Source of the DNA: Entomortierella parvispora E1425
Taxonomy: Eukaryota; Fungi; Mortierellomycota
DNA: 64,000 nucleotides
Reading direction: 5' to 3'
Assembly: GCA_020891255.1 (NCBI GenBank)
Contig: BQFW01000003.1
Location: forward strand, 1,426,001 to 1,490,000
A program made the position numbers and the translations under genes. Positions 24,453 to 36,832 of this stretch are shown here, piece after piece. The notes under the pieces were generated by a model. It made no database searches, was not told where the DNA came from, and worked only from the letters and a program-made list of their open reading frames with translations. Position 1 is the stretch's first letter; the number at the start of each line of letters is the position of its first letter.

Positions 24453-25955
24453 ATTCCGTTTTCTCTTTTGAAATGTCACCCACACGAGATATCCCTCCCC
24501 ATAGTTCATATTTTTTTAGATGACCTCCTTTTCCTCCTTCCTCCTCAACCACCTAGCCACCTACTGAATAATTACTTTCATAAACACACTGCCGAAAAAC
24601 CTCTTCCCGTACTGATTCGGCTTTTCATTAGTGAATTATAACTGTGGTAAAAGAACCCCATTGAGAACAGTTAAGGCTCACAGCGATCCCCCGATGAAGC
24701 AAAAGGCTACAAATTGGGGTCAAAGCGACCAATGTTTGATGACTTGTGCATGATCTATGCGGGAGACTTACTTGAATTGAACATAGAAGCGTAGGGAACG
24801 CGTTTTTTTTTCTCATGAGCAAGAAACGAAAGCACATGCCAACTGAAAAGTGAGCTTGAACGCAACTGGGTGGTAGACAATGAACATGCGGCAGTAGAAA
24901 AGTTGATCCTACCTCAAGCTGCCGCCACATACGCAAAATAGAATAAGAGCAGTTGAATTGATGCACAGCGTAGACACACATTGAGATGCAAAAAAACACC
25001 AGCTTTGCATCCAGTTCAAAAAGTTTAAATAGCGCCCAAAGGCCACTCAGTAGCTCACTCGTCCTCTTTTTCCATGTACATGTTCATGTACCTTTCAGAC
25101 GAGGTTGTGGAGCGCAAAAAGAAATTCGAGAGCCAACAAAAAAAGAAAAGAAAAAAAAAAAAAACCTTGAACTCCTGTGGCCACCGCGCCCTCTTGGAGA
25201 GCGAGAAGGAAAACAATGAGAGAAAATGCCCCGTATAGTGTTCTCACCACTGTGATGCAGGTATCCCATGTCAAAGATCACAAACAAAGGAAAAGCAAGA
25301 AAACGAGTGTTTGAACTTCATATGTTTTGAACCTCATGTCTCAAGAGAAACCGCCTATTATCAGGCGGCTTCTGCCTCTATCTGGCGCTGTTTATGTATC
25401 GTTACCGAGAAAAGGACCCGATGCCAGCCATTGGCTTTGTAAAACCTCAGTGGCCTCGGTGGGGGTGAGCAAGCTTCGTGCGACAGGCAGAAAGTGAGAG
25501 CCACAGCATCGGTTCAAATCGAGCCATTCTCCGGGGATTCGTAGTGAAATGGTGCTGCAGAGTGCGTTGGTTTGTTGAGGGGATTGAACTACTGTTGAAT
25601 GAAGTATACATGCAGAGTAGTTAGTGCTGTACTCTAAGTCGACATTCAAGAGTTCGCCTCAGCACTCCACCTTTCTATAAAAGAAACCGGGATCCCCACA
25701 TCTGTTTGAGTCCCTGTCCCTCACCTCGGTCCCTACCCCACGCCTCTGACCCTCCGTTCTCTCCACAGCTGCAGCAACTTCGTTTCTTCCTCTCCACGTC
25801 GTTTTCTGTCGCCTCTCGCCTGTTTGATTGAACCCCTTCGCTCACTAATATCAGCATCCCTAACTTCCTTTCTCCCCTACCCTCGAAAGATCTGCATTCT
25901 CCATCGCCACACCAATCTCCATTTCACACAAACCCTTTGATCCACTCCCTCAACT

Positions 25956-26824
25956 ATGGCTTTCGACATTCGTGATGAGGATGAAGACCATCATCGTGAT
26001 GAGTTTGACGAGTATGAGGATGTAAAGCAGGCTGAACGTCCAAAATTCTATCGTCGTAGAAAGTTTTGGATGTTTTGTATCCCCAACGCCATCATCACCT
26101 TGATCGTTGCCGTCCTCTTGGCCCTCTATGTCATCATGCCAAAGATTGCCCAGGGTCTTATGAACAAGGCCACTATTAATTTCGACGCCATCGTATGTGC
26201 AGACCAGCAAAGAGAGCTTTTTTGTTGCTGTTGTTGTTGTTTCTGTCAAAAGATGGAAGCAGGATGAAGAAAACAATACTCATCACTGACTAACGAACTG
26301 GCACATTCGCTTCTCTTGTCCCTGACAGAACATCTCCAACCCCTCCGCAACTTCCATGGATATCACCATGGAGGGCAACATGAGAAACACTGGTCCCTTC
26401 AGTGCCGAGATCTCCTTCCCAGAGACTGTCGTCGTCTCCTGGAATGGCATTGAGCTCGGTACTACTGATATCCCTGGTACCAGCAAGGCCTCGTAAGTGC
26501 AACCGCCCATCTGGAAGAAAGCCCACTGTGCAATTGTCATGGTTTCCAATCCTCCATTCTGACTGTTTTTCTGCCCCGCTCTTTCTTGTCCCCGCCATTA
26601 TACAGAGGAGGCCATGGTTCTCTTAGCTTGGGAAGCAGCTTCAAGGTCACCAATGCCACTGCCTTTACCGAGTTCTCTAGTTACATGCTCAATGCAGAGA
26701 CCTTCGTCTGGCATCTCCAGGGAAAGCTTAACGTCAAGGCCCTCAGTCATACCGTCAAGGGTCTGACCTTGAGCAAAGACATTACTGTTAATGGTACGCC
26801 ACGTTCTACTTCGCTTGATTGTTC

Positions 26825-26897
<73 letters not shown>

Positions 26898-29800
26898 GCT
26901 TCACCTACTCAACCATTCATCCCATCCCTCTTTCTCTGTCCATCTCACATCTCCTACCAATAGCCTTCAATGGTCTCAGCAACATCAAGATCGAGAGGTT
27001 CTCTCTGCCTGGTGACGATCCCAACGGCAAGGGTATCCTCGTCGAGATCGATACCAGTGTCACCAACCCCTCGGCCCTTCAGATGTACATGGGAAGCCTC
27101 ACTCTCGCCATCTCCTACAAGGATGTCCTCATGGGATATGTCACCTCCAGTAACCTTACCATGGTTCGTGGTGTTCACACCATGAGCATGAAGGGAGTCC
27201 TCATCCCACAAAAACACCCCCGAAGGTCTCGCCGTCACCTCCGAGATGATGTCCCGTTACATCGGCAATGTTGTCACCAACACCACTGCTACCGGTTTTG
27301 AGGTCAAGCCTGACGGCGTCAACTCGCTCGAATGGTTATCTGCTGCTGTCAAGAACCTGAAGTTGAATGTCCCCCTTCAGAGCCCCGCTCCTCTCCAGCT
27401 CATCAAGGGTCTTAACCTCGGCGCCCTCGGACTCGTCTTCACTCCTCCTACTGCCTACGAGCCTGTCACCACCTCGACCGGAGTTCTTGCCAACTATAGT
27501 CTCCCCGATGGTTTCGGATTCAACATCCAGTTCCAACAGGTCTCCAACTCGTTCGCCTTGACCCGTGGAGGTGTTGTCATTGCCACCTTGAACTCATCCT
27601 ACAATCCTTCGACCTCAGATATGGCATCTGGCACCTTGACCTTCAACCTCCTCTCTACCCCTCTCTTGGTCCCCGATGCCTCTCGTCAGCCCTTCCAAGA
27701 GTTCAACCGCGATCTTACCATTGGTGCCGATCTTCCCTTTGAGGTCACTGGCCAAGCCTCTGTCTATGCCAATACCTCCATCGGTATCGTCAACCTGGTC
27801 AACATTCCTTTCAATGCCTCGACTCAATTGAGCGGTCTCCAGAGTCTTGCCAACCCTGCTCCTACCATCACCTCCCTCCAGGTCGTGTCTGGAACCCCTA
27901 CTGGCTTGACTATGGATATCTCTGTCATCATTGTCAATCCCTCGTCCATCTCCCTCTCTGCAGGCGATGTCGTCCTCGCCTTGATGTACAAGGATGTCAA
28001 CCTCGGAACCGTAACCATGCCCAATCTGGCCATTGTCCCCGGTGCCAACACAGTTGCTACTACCTCCACCATTGATCCCTCTAAGACTCCTGAGGGTCTC
28101 GAGTTGTTGACTCTTTACACAAGTGGTGCAGGTGCCACTGTCAGCATCGCCGGTACCCCTACCAGCACTGCTGTGGAGTCTTTGAGCCTTGCCTTTGGTG
28201 CCTTGAACATCGAGACCCAGATGCCAGGTCTCCAGTCCAAGCTCCTCGCTGGTGCTTCGTTGACTGTCCTCGATTCCACCCTCGTCGATGGTCTGGCTCA
28301 GACGGTGGTCACCGTCAATAACCCCTTCGTCCCTCCAATGACCATCCTCTCCATCGATACCAAGATCACTTACAACGGTGTCTCTGTTGGAACCGTCACC
28401 TCGACCTTTGCCACTCCTCCAGTCATCCCCGGTACTGGACAAGGAACTATCACTGCCTCTTTGGCCATGAACACCGATCCTCACGATCTCATCACCTTGA
28501 TTCGCACCCAGGCTCTCAAGAATGGATTGAACACCGCTGCCTTCGACGGTCTCTTGTCTCTCCAGGCCGGTGGTAACCCTCCTGCCAATCTCTTTGTTGG
28601 ATTCAACGTGGCCGAGTTCACCATGAAGGCCATGGCTGGTCTCCAGGTTGATATTGATATGACCACCACTGTCAAGGTCGGCGACTACCAAGTCACCATG
28701 CCCTACACCCAGACTGGTGTCAGCACCACCACCGATCAGACCATCTTGAAGTTGATTGCTATCGTTGGAACCCCCATTGCCCAGATCCTTGTCGACGGAT
28801 CAGCTCTCAAGTTCGATGCCATTCAGATCTTGGCCCCAACCGAGACTAGCTTCCAGACCTCCATCAAGGGTGCCATCTCCAACACCGGTCCATTGGATGC
28901 CCAGATCGTCTTCCCCAATCCTGTTGTTGTCTCGTTCAACGACAAGCCTATTGGTTCCATGAAGATGCCCACCGTCAACGCCATCGCCAATCAGGGTGCC
29001 ACTCTTGACCTGACGGGTGTCGAGTTCACCATCTCGGATATCGCTGCCTACACCGATTTTACCGTCTATGCTCTCAACAATGCTCAGTTCGACTGGACCA
29101 TCTCGACCACTGGAGTTGTTGTGAATGCCATGGGTGCTCCCATCCCTGGTGTTTCCATGACGAAGACCGTCACCTTGGATGGATTCAACAAGCTCTCTAG
29201 CCTTCAACTCAAGAGCTACATCATCAACACCATTGACGCTCAGGGAATGCACATGACCATCGCCGCTTCCATCATCAACCCCTCCACCATCGGCATGACC
29301 ATCCCCGTCTCTCAGTTCAACACCATGTTTGGACCCCAGCTGCTCGGACCAGCCTCTGTCAATGGCATGTCCTTGATCCCTCACGGTCAATCCGATTTCG
29401 CTCTTCAGGCCACCATCGCCACTGGAAACGGAGACATGAGACCTTACCTCACCGGCATCTTCCACAACGCTCTCAACGGCGAGGATACTCATCTGACAGC
29501 TGTCGGTACTGGAGCACCTGGTGTCTCTTGGTTGGATACCGCCATCAAGAGCTTGACTCTTGAGACCGTCCTCCCTCCTTTGTCTGAACCACCAATTGCA
29601 TCTGTCACCATTAATGCCATGTCCATGGACTTTACCTGCGACTCCTGCACTTATGAACCCATGGCGGGATCCAGCATCACTGCCGTTACCAATTTGCCTT
29701 TCGAGGGTAAGGCACCTCTCTATCAATTGAGTCAGAACATTGAGATCTTGGATGCCAGCGACAATGTGGTTGGCAGGTTGATCACTCCCTACGCCGATTG

Positions 29801-31211
29801 CGTCGTGAATGGAAACACTGTCTCAACGAACACCCCTCCTTCGGCCCTGGTGATTGACGAAGCCGCCAGAGACAAGATCTACCCCGACTTTATCAGTGAT
29901 CTCAACCAGTTGGAGGTCTATAACCTTGGTCTCCGTGGAACCGCCGATTCGATCTTGGATCTTGGTGATTTGGGCAAGATTGAGGTCAAGGGTATCAAAC
30001 TCGATGTCAGGACCCCTCTGGATGGCCTTCAAGGTCTCAAGAAGATCGACATGAATTATGTTGTTGGCTTTGGCTTTGCTGACACAGGTGCCAACATCAC
30101 GTCGATTGTCAACATCTACAACCCAAGCAAACTGACCCTTCACATTGGAGAGCTCTACCTCAAGGTCGGCCTTGACTATTCCCCCGAAACATATGCTGGA
30201 GTGTCATACATGCATGACTTGACCCTTGTACCAGGCGACAACATCATGGCCAACGTCGCTCAGTTGGATAACACGGCCCCCGGTTTCAACGGTGTCTTGA
30301 CCGGATCATCCCTCGGTCCTTTGCCTCTTGCATTCTATGCCTTCCCTGGATCGAGTCCCAACAACAAGGCTCTGGATGCAGGTCTTCAATCTCTGAAGAG
30401 TGGCACCATCATTCCCTTCAACCTTGTCAGTCCTGTGCCTGCTCTTCCCTATGGCAAGGTCTTCTCTGTCAAGGCATTGCCTAACACTGAGCAAGATGGT
30501 ATCGTGGAGGTTACTGGCACATGGCAGAACCCCTACCTCGGCGTCCCCACCGAAATTGTCAGTGTTATTCCCGACCCCATGCTGTGGATGGATATTCCTC
30601 TGAAGTTCCAGGCCTACAACACGTACTCCACGGACGAGCCGTAAGTTATTTGAACTTTTTCTTGTTTGCGTGTTTTTTGTCTGTCCGTCCTAGCAGTACT
30701 AAGTCGAGTTTCGTTACATTTTTCTCTGTTCAGTCTTTTTGTCACCATCCAGGATTATCCCATGCCATTGGTCAATGGAGGCCAGTCCGTGACCTTCAGA
30801 ATGGGAACGGGATTGCTGTCACCCGATTTTCTGAAGAGCTTGAAACCCTATATCGTTCAGTCTTTGACGAGCAACGTAGGTATGACCGTTTCTGTCGCGC
30901 CTGTGGTCAAGGTCGGTTCCGACCCTGGCTATATCTCCAATCCAGACTTTTCCTCCAGCCAGGTCTACCCCTTGGACGGCTCGGCCTTGAACGCCACGAC
31001 TTGGGACACATGGTTCGAAGCTGGACCAGAGTTTGGAAAAATCTACAGTGCTTGGTTACGTCGGGCTAACGTGGCCGATGATGACTTTAATCCTCAGGGT
31101 GCCGTCCTTCCTCCTCCTCCTGAGATCCCTCCTACTCCATCTACTCCATCTACTCCATCACCTCAGCCGACAGAGTTGCTGCCAGCTGAACCGACACCAA
31201 TTACTCCTTAA
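25956..31211 (+). CDS. DUF3712-type type II membrane protein, paralog B; one +1 frameshift at the A-run 27210..27214 and an extra intron 30641..30733
   Basis: Near-identical to paralog A from the ATG to ~30502, then a divergent C-terminus ending in a Pro-rich tail. Confidence 0.8.
26828..26894 (+). repeat. (CT)n microsatellite (~33 units) in intron 3 of DUF3712 paralog B
   Basis: Read directly. The matching intron of paralog A has only a short CT tract. Confidence 0.95.
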
Positions 31212-31528
31212 AAATGAAACAATGACTTAAATAAAATAAAATACATCATGCCAGTCGAAAGGCCTATTGCTCTTCAGCACTCAGCATTTGTCAAAAATAT
31301 GGCGGTCAGGGGGTCATTGAGTCCTTCTACACCTTCTACCTGCAACGGCCTCACCATCACCCTAAGAAAGAAAAATGGACCACTGCTTTCCTTTCTCACT
31401 GTTTGATTCATTCGTTCATTGTTACAAAATCAGGGTTGTATTCAAGAATCGTGGACGAGGGAGGGGTATGGAAGATAACAGGAAATTGATCTAAAAAAAA
31501 ATACGAGAAAATCGATCCATCGAGCGAT

Positions 31529-34500
31529 CTAGTAGCGTCCCATGGGGACATTAATGACTCCTTGGTCAAAAAACGCACCCACCACGACTGTGCCATCCTC
31601 TCGGCTTTGAGGAACCGACTCCCGAATTCTTTCCACCAAGGCGACCGCAGGTCGGATGACAACACTGATATGCTCGGGATCGGGCCGAACCAAGGACTGA
31701 TGTCCACTGGCCGAGGTGTGGAGATGTTGTGTGCTAGAGGACGCCGCATTACTGTTCGCATTAGGATTCTTCCATCCGTTCACTCCATTTTGAGCCTGCT
31801 TCAGGTATCCAGGAATAAGTGGGACAGAACTAGCCGTGGCGGAGGACCTGCTGCTACTGCTGGAGCTACCAGAGCCGGTACCAGAGCCACTGCTCTTTAC
31901 GGGGGTGCCGTCTGGGTTAAGGGCAGGGACGGGGTTGTTGGCAAGAGCTCCAGAAAGCACCTGGGAATATTTGTCTTGAATCAATCCCGAAAAAGCAAGA
32001 GATGGTCCTTGCTCTGTCATTTGAGCATAGACTTGTGGCAATGCCTTCCGCAAAGGTTCCTGGGCCGCGTGGCCAATTTCCTTGTCGTACATCTTGCCCA
32101 AGGAAGATGATCCAAGTGAATCGGTAAACTTGAACAGTTGCTGATGAGTTAAGGGGAGGAAGAGGATGTTAGAAACCCATCATCTCTTTGAAGTCTTTCA
32201 GTTTACTTCATCTGTCATTAAGACTTACTCGGTGCTTGTCTCGACCATTCTTCCGTGAGCGCAAAAGATCCGAACCAGAATTCTGACTGCTTCCGCTCAA
32301 AAAGTTTTCAGATCCTTCGCTCGTCTGGTTGGTGTCCATTAAATAATCGGAGAGCAAGGCACGGATCTCGGTCAACATAGGTCCCCACACTTCGGCAAAC
32401 GAGTACATCTTGACGCCAACAAGATCCATTTCACGCTGCTTGACGTGATCTCCTTCAACGCGCTACAGTTAAAAAAAGTTGACGATGGATTAGAAACGGA
32501 CCAAAATATTACCAAACACCCACGTGTCCATCCTCCAACTTACTCTCAACAAACGCTGTCCAGCAATAAGGACAGTGCTATGTCCTTGCGTAACACAATC
32601 CAATTTGGAAAAGAGCGTCCAGAAAAGATCTCTCAGAATCTCATTTTCATTGTCCTTCGTAGCCTGGTACTTTTCATCCTCCTCATCATCAAAGTTAGAG
32701 TCCCTAGCGTTGATTGTCTTCAGTGCTTCTGCATTTCGCCTAGGGTCGTTGGTAGAATATAGATTGGAGAGTTAGCAGAGAAAAAGAAGGGAAATAAAAC
32801 AAGTTCGTCCTTCACTCACCTTTCATTAACTTCGCTTATAGTCTTGTCTATCAGTTGATATGTTTCCAGAGGAATACGTTGGAGGATTGTCTACAAGAGA
32901 AATTGTGTGCTTGGCTATTAGTTTTCACTCATTTATAATCCATAGCAAATATCGTTAACTCTTATCACATAGATCACTCACCACAATGGCATCCTTGAAC
33001 TTTCCAAGTAGCCCAAGGGACTCCACAAGAATTTCGAGGTAATAAGCAGAGTCGACTTCAGGGTTCGTCTCCAAATCTTCTGTTATCTATGAAGGGAAAG
33101 AAGAGGATGTCAGGACACCATCCTTCGATAGTTTTGTTACAAAAGGAGTAATATCAGTCATTCGTCCAACATACCATTTCATCATCCAGTCGAACTTCGT
33201 TTCCTGGCTTTCCTTTGGGTTGGAATCCTGCTCCACCTCTCTTTAGACGGTCATTTGAGAACTTTGAAAGATCTTTTCCAATTCTGTGAGAAGTAAACAT
33301 ACTGTGTTAGATACCCGGTGTTGAAATGTTATAAACGATTCGCCCGTGCCAATGCAACTTGCCCCTCAAAAAGTCCACGCTCTGCGGAAGGCACTAAGAA
33401 AATAATAATAAATGAATCTGCGTTTTAGTCGACAAGAAAGTGTAAAGGACCAACTTCTCCTGTGAAACGTACAAGCTTCCTGTCCGGCCGTGTATGTGGA
33501 CCATCTACTATCACAGTAAGGGCTTTTCAAGTAGAGGTGGTTATGAAGTTCTTCCATCAAAATTTCGGCCATGGACTAATAGACCAATGAAAGAGTATTA
33601 GAAGCGGATACTCAGATAGAAGAGGATACTCAGAAGTAAAGAAAACGTAAACAAATGAGCTACTCCATTACCTCAAGTTGCTCGTTGAAGAACCGCGACA
33701 GATCTGAAAGTGCTCCTACAGCTGCCATCTCTGGTTTTGCTATCGTCTTGGACGCTGACACCAACAGCTTCACTGCTGCCAAGAAGTGCTTCTCACGCAC
33801 TAGAGTCCCGAGTTTTTCTGGCACAAGCCTGAGTTCCTCGCTATTCGATATTATGGAGGAACCATACCACGTTAGAATGCAATACGATTATCTAATCGTT
33901 TCTGTACTCCTCCACAAAAAAAGGATGCGTACATTTCGTCCAACATTTCAATCATGTCTTTGTACTGCTGACTCTTGTTGTATAGCTGAACCAAATCCGC
34001 ATGTCGAAGTCGCAATGATTCTTTGGAGTTCTTTAGATCCATTCTCAGTTCCTTGACTCGACTCTGAGAATCAGAAATGCTGTCAATGACGCCTCCATAT
34101 GTTCCAATAGATGCATTGAATCCCTGGTATGAACCTATTCAGGCAAGATTGACCCGAAAGTTAGATACTGATCCTCAGAGAGAACGTACCATAAACAATC
34201 CAAAAAAAAATGCAATAGAGCTTACCATCCACAACCGTCTTAAGAGCGCGCTCAATGTTGCTAAGGATCATGCTGAACATGTGGGGATCACGTCCGAGAG
34301 AACTTCTATCCATCAACTCTAGAGCCAGACTCACTGGGTTGAACTACACATTTTTTTTCAATTGGAAAACAGAAGCACACGGTCGAGGTTAGCATAAACA
34401 GCTCAGCCAAAGCGCCTCCAGTTCTCATTTCAGAGATACGTACGTCTGGCTTGGTCATGAACTCCCATTCGTCATTTAGAAGGTCTAGCAGTGATGTCAA

Positions 34501-34661
34501 AGCACAAAGAATCCTACTTGTCAGCCACTGTCTCTGTCACTTCTTCTGCACTAACGCGTGATTCCAGAATGTCATTCTGTACCTCGAATGTCGATGGTGG
34601 CAGGGTCAATCGTAGGCTCCACGTATTGGTCTTGCCACTGGTATTCATCGCGATGCGACAT
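31529..34661 (-). CDS. SEC8: Exocyst component Sec8 (EXOC4), multi-exon; N-terminal and middle domains only, apparently 3'-truncated
   Basis: Exons read DLLNDEWEFMTKPD|FNPVSLALELMD, YQGFNASIGTYGGV, EKHFLAAVKLL, EILMEELHNHLYLKSPY, YSFAEVWGPMLTEIRALLSDYL and PDPEHISVVIRP, all typical of fungal Sec8. Confidence 0.85.
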
Positions 34662-34833
34662 GGCTAAGATGTGTTTGTGCGGCCAGAGAGGGGAATGTCG
34701 ATGTCCAAGAAATCGTGGTTTTGCGTCGGCTCGTTCGGGGAATACAAAAGAGATGCCCGTTGGCCATCATCTGGCATGAACAGCGCATGCGGGGGGGGGG
34801 CTACTGCACGTGACACTTTTTTTTTTGCCTTTA

Positions 34834-36442
34834 TTAGATTCCTACCACCCCAGTGTCGTTTATCTTGTACTGGCAATGGCCAGAGCTCCGTGGGTCACTT
34901 CCTCTATCGTTAGCCGCCCATGGAGAGAATATAACGGACAGAGTGCGAAGAGGCTCCTGGAGGGTAATATCAGCGCCAACTGCAGATTCTGAAGACTCTG
35001 AGGATGGATCTGGTACCCTTGTCCGCTGAAGAACAACTCTCGCATTGATGGTGTTCTCCCACACAAGCCCGAGGGCTGGTTTCTTCAATCTCATAGGATC
35101 ATTCAGAGATTGGAAGAGCGATACATCTTGCTGTCGACTGGAAGGATCCAAGTGAGGGGCAGAGGAAAAACTAAGCTCGGGCTGAAAGACGTCCGTAACC
35201 TGATTCACACACACCACGGCGATACCATACTGATCCGCCAATGATCGCATCCGCAGCCCAGTCTCACAAAGATCCGCGCTACGCTGCAAGATACTGGACT
35301 TGAACGAAGGGGCTTGGCTCTGGACGCCTGGCGCGTCGGTAGAACCGGGCGCACCGAGATCGCTCCGAAAATTATTGGTGATAGAATCGATGATTATTAA
35401 CTTGATCGGCTTCTTCTTCCGCAGGTCTCTCCCAGAGTCGCTTGAGTTCGAGTTGAGCTCCATGTCTTCTTGATTCTCCTGCTCATCCTCAGGGAGAAAA
35501 GAGTCGTTTATCAGAATAGGCAACTGGTAGTTGAAGATGTGTAATTGAGTCTCCTGGTCAGCCAATGAATCGAAATAGATATTGTCCCTGATTTCCTCTG
35601 CTGTCTGATCCGGTAGCTCTCTACTGTATTTGTCCACAAAGTGCTCTATCATTGTCTCCAATCGCTTGTAAGGGAATTTTCCTTCAGTGGATAGCCACAC
35701 TGCCGCTAATGAATTGATTCAGTCACACATGAAAAACGAGAATAATTGCTAATGGGTTAACGACTTGTTCACCCGGGCTACAGCAAAACACCTAGGGTAC
35801 TTACATCCTCCAAGCCCCCCGAGCTTTAATGGAAGTTGAACTGTGAGGCAGAGCTGTAAGCAAAACTGAGTTTTTCCAACAGCACTATTAAAGAAAGATA
35901 TGTCTTAAGTCAGGTTGAGTCCGTGCTAATTTGAAATTTGGGTCTCTGCATGCGCGATGTTGCCTCTTACCTTTCGCCAGCAATCTCGGTGATTCCTCTC
36001 GTCATGATTCCATGCCCTCCGAGAGCCATGTCCAAAACTGGGTCGCCCAAAGAGAGCCAATTTTCATCCTGCAAAAGATCCAGTGCGGTTCCGAAGGCCA
36101 CCTTTGTTTCAAATATATACATGGCTGCTCGATCATACACCTGGGTGATTTCGTCTGGGGTCAAGTTGGAGAGTCGATCATAGGACGTGGAAGACGACCC
36201 CTGTATTGGCTGGTGGCGCTTGTATCTGGGCGACGCTCCATCGTCCGACACTCCTGGCGGTGTGTACAGTAGTAGGTCTTCGACAGTATCTAAAGAGGCT
36301 GCGATCATAGAAATGGAGACAAAACACAGTGAGTGGACAAACGAGCCAGGCGATCGGCAATGCAGAAAGAGAGCCACTGCTTACCACAAATGAGAGCGTC
36401 TTTGATGGATTCAGACAGGTCCAGCACGTTGATGGAGGTCAT
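34834..36442 (-). CDS. XRCC3: Rad51 paralog, XRCC3/Rad57-like RecA-family ATPase
   Basis: Motifs SLGDPVLDMALGG, GITEIAGE|SAVGKTQFCLQLCLTVQLP (Walker A), WLSTEGKFP, LIIIDSI (Walker B), VVCVNQVTD and PALGLVWENTINARVVL. Confidence 0.85.
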
Positions 36443-36832
36443 TGGCCGGTACTCTGCTGCGGTGATTCCATGGACACGAGAGGACACTTAGAAAAAAGAT
36501 GGATGGATGGATGGAATGTGAAGGCAGAGAGGAATGCTTTTGCCACCATTTTTGCGGTCACGTGCCTGATCACTGGAAGATCTGCCTGTTTCCATGCCAT
36601 GCATGTCCCTCTTCTTCTCCTCTCCGTCTTCCTTCCTTCTTGTCTCACTGCTCCACACATCCTCTTACTCTCATTCCCATTCTTGATTTCTAGCATTCGC
36701 ACGCAAATTCCATTCCCATTGTGTACAAGATTATTCCCGCTACCCGACTTTCATTTGCTCCCTACTCTCGTCTTTCTTCCTCCTCATTCTGCAAATTCAC
36801 ACAGTCCATTCTCAGTAAAAAAAGTCTCCACA

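Noticed and set aside
21049-29726. Long antisense ORFs (358, 308 and 226 aa) opposite the DUF3712 genes
   Set aside because: These are shadow frames caused by strong C-ending codon bias on the sense strand. They are duplicated only because the sense genes are, and show no protein-like motifs.
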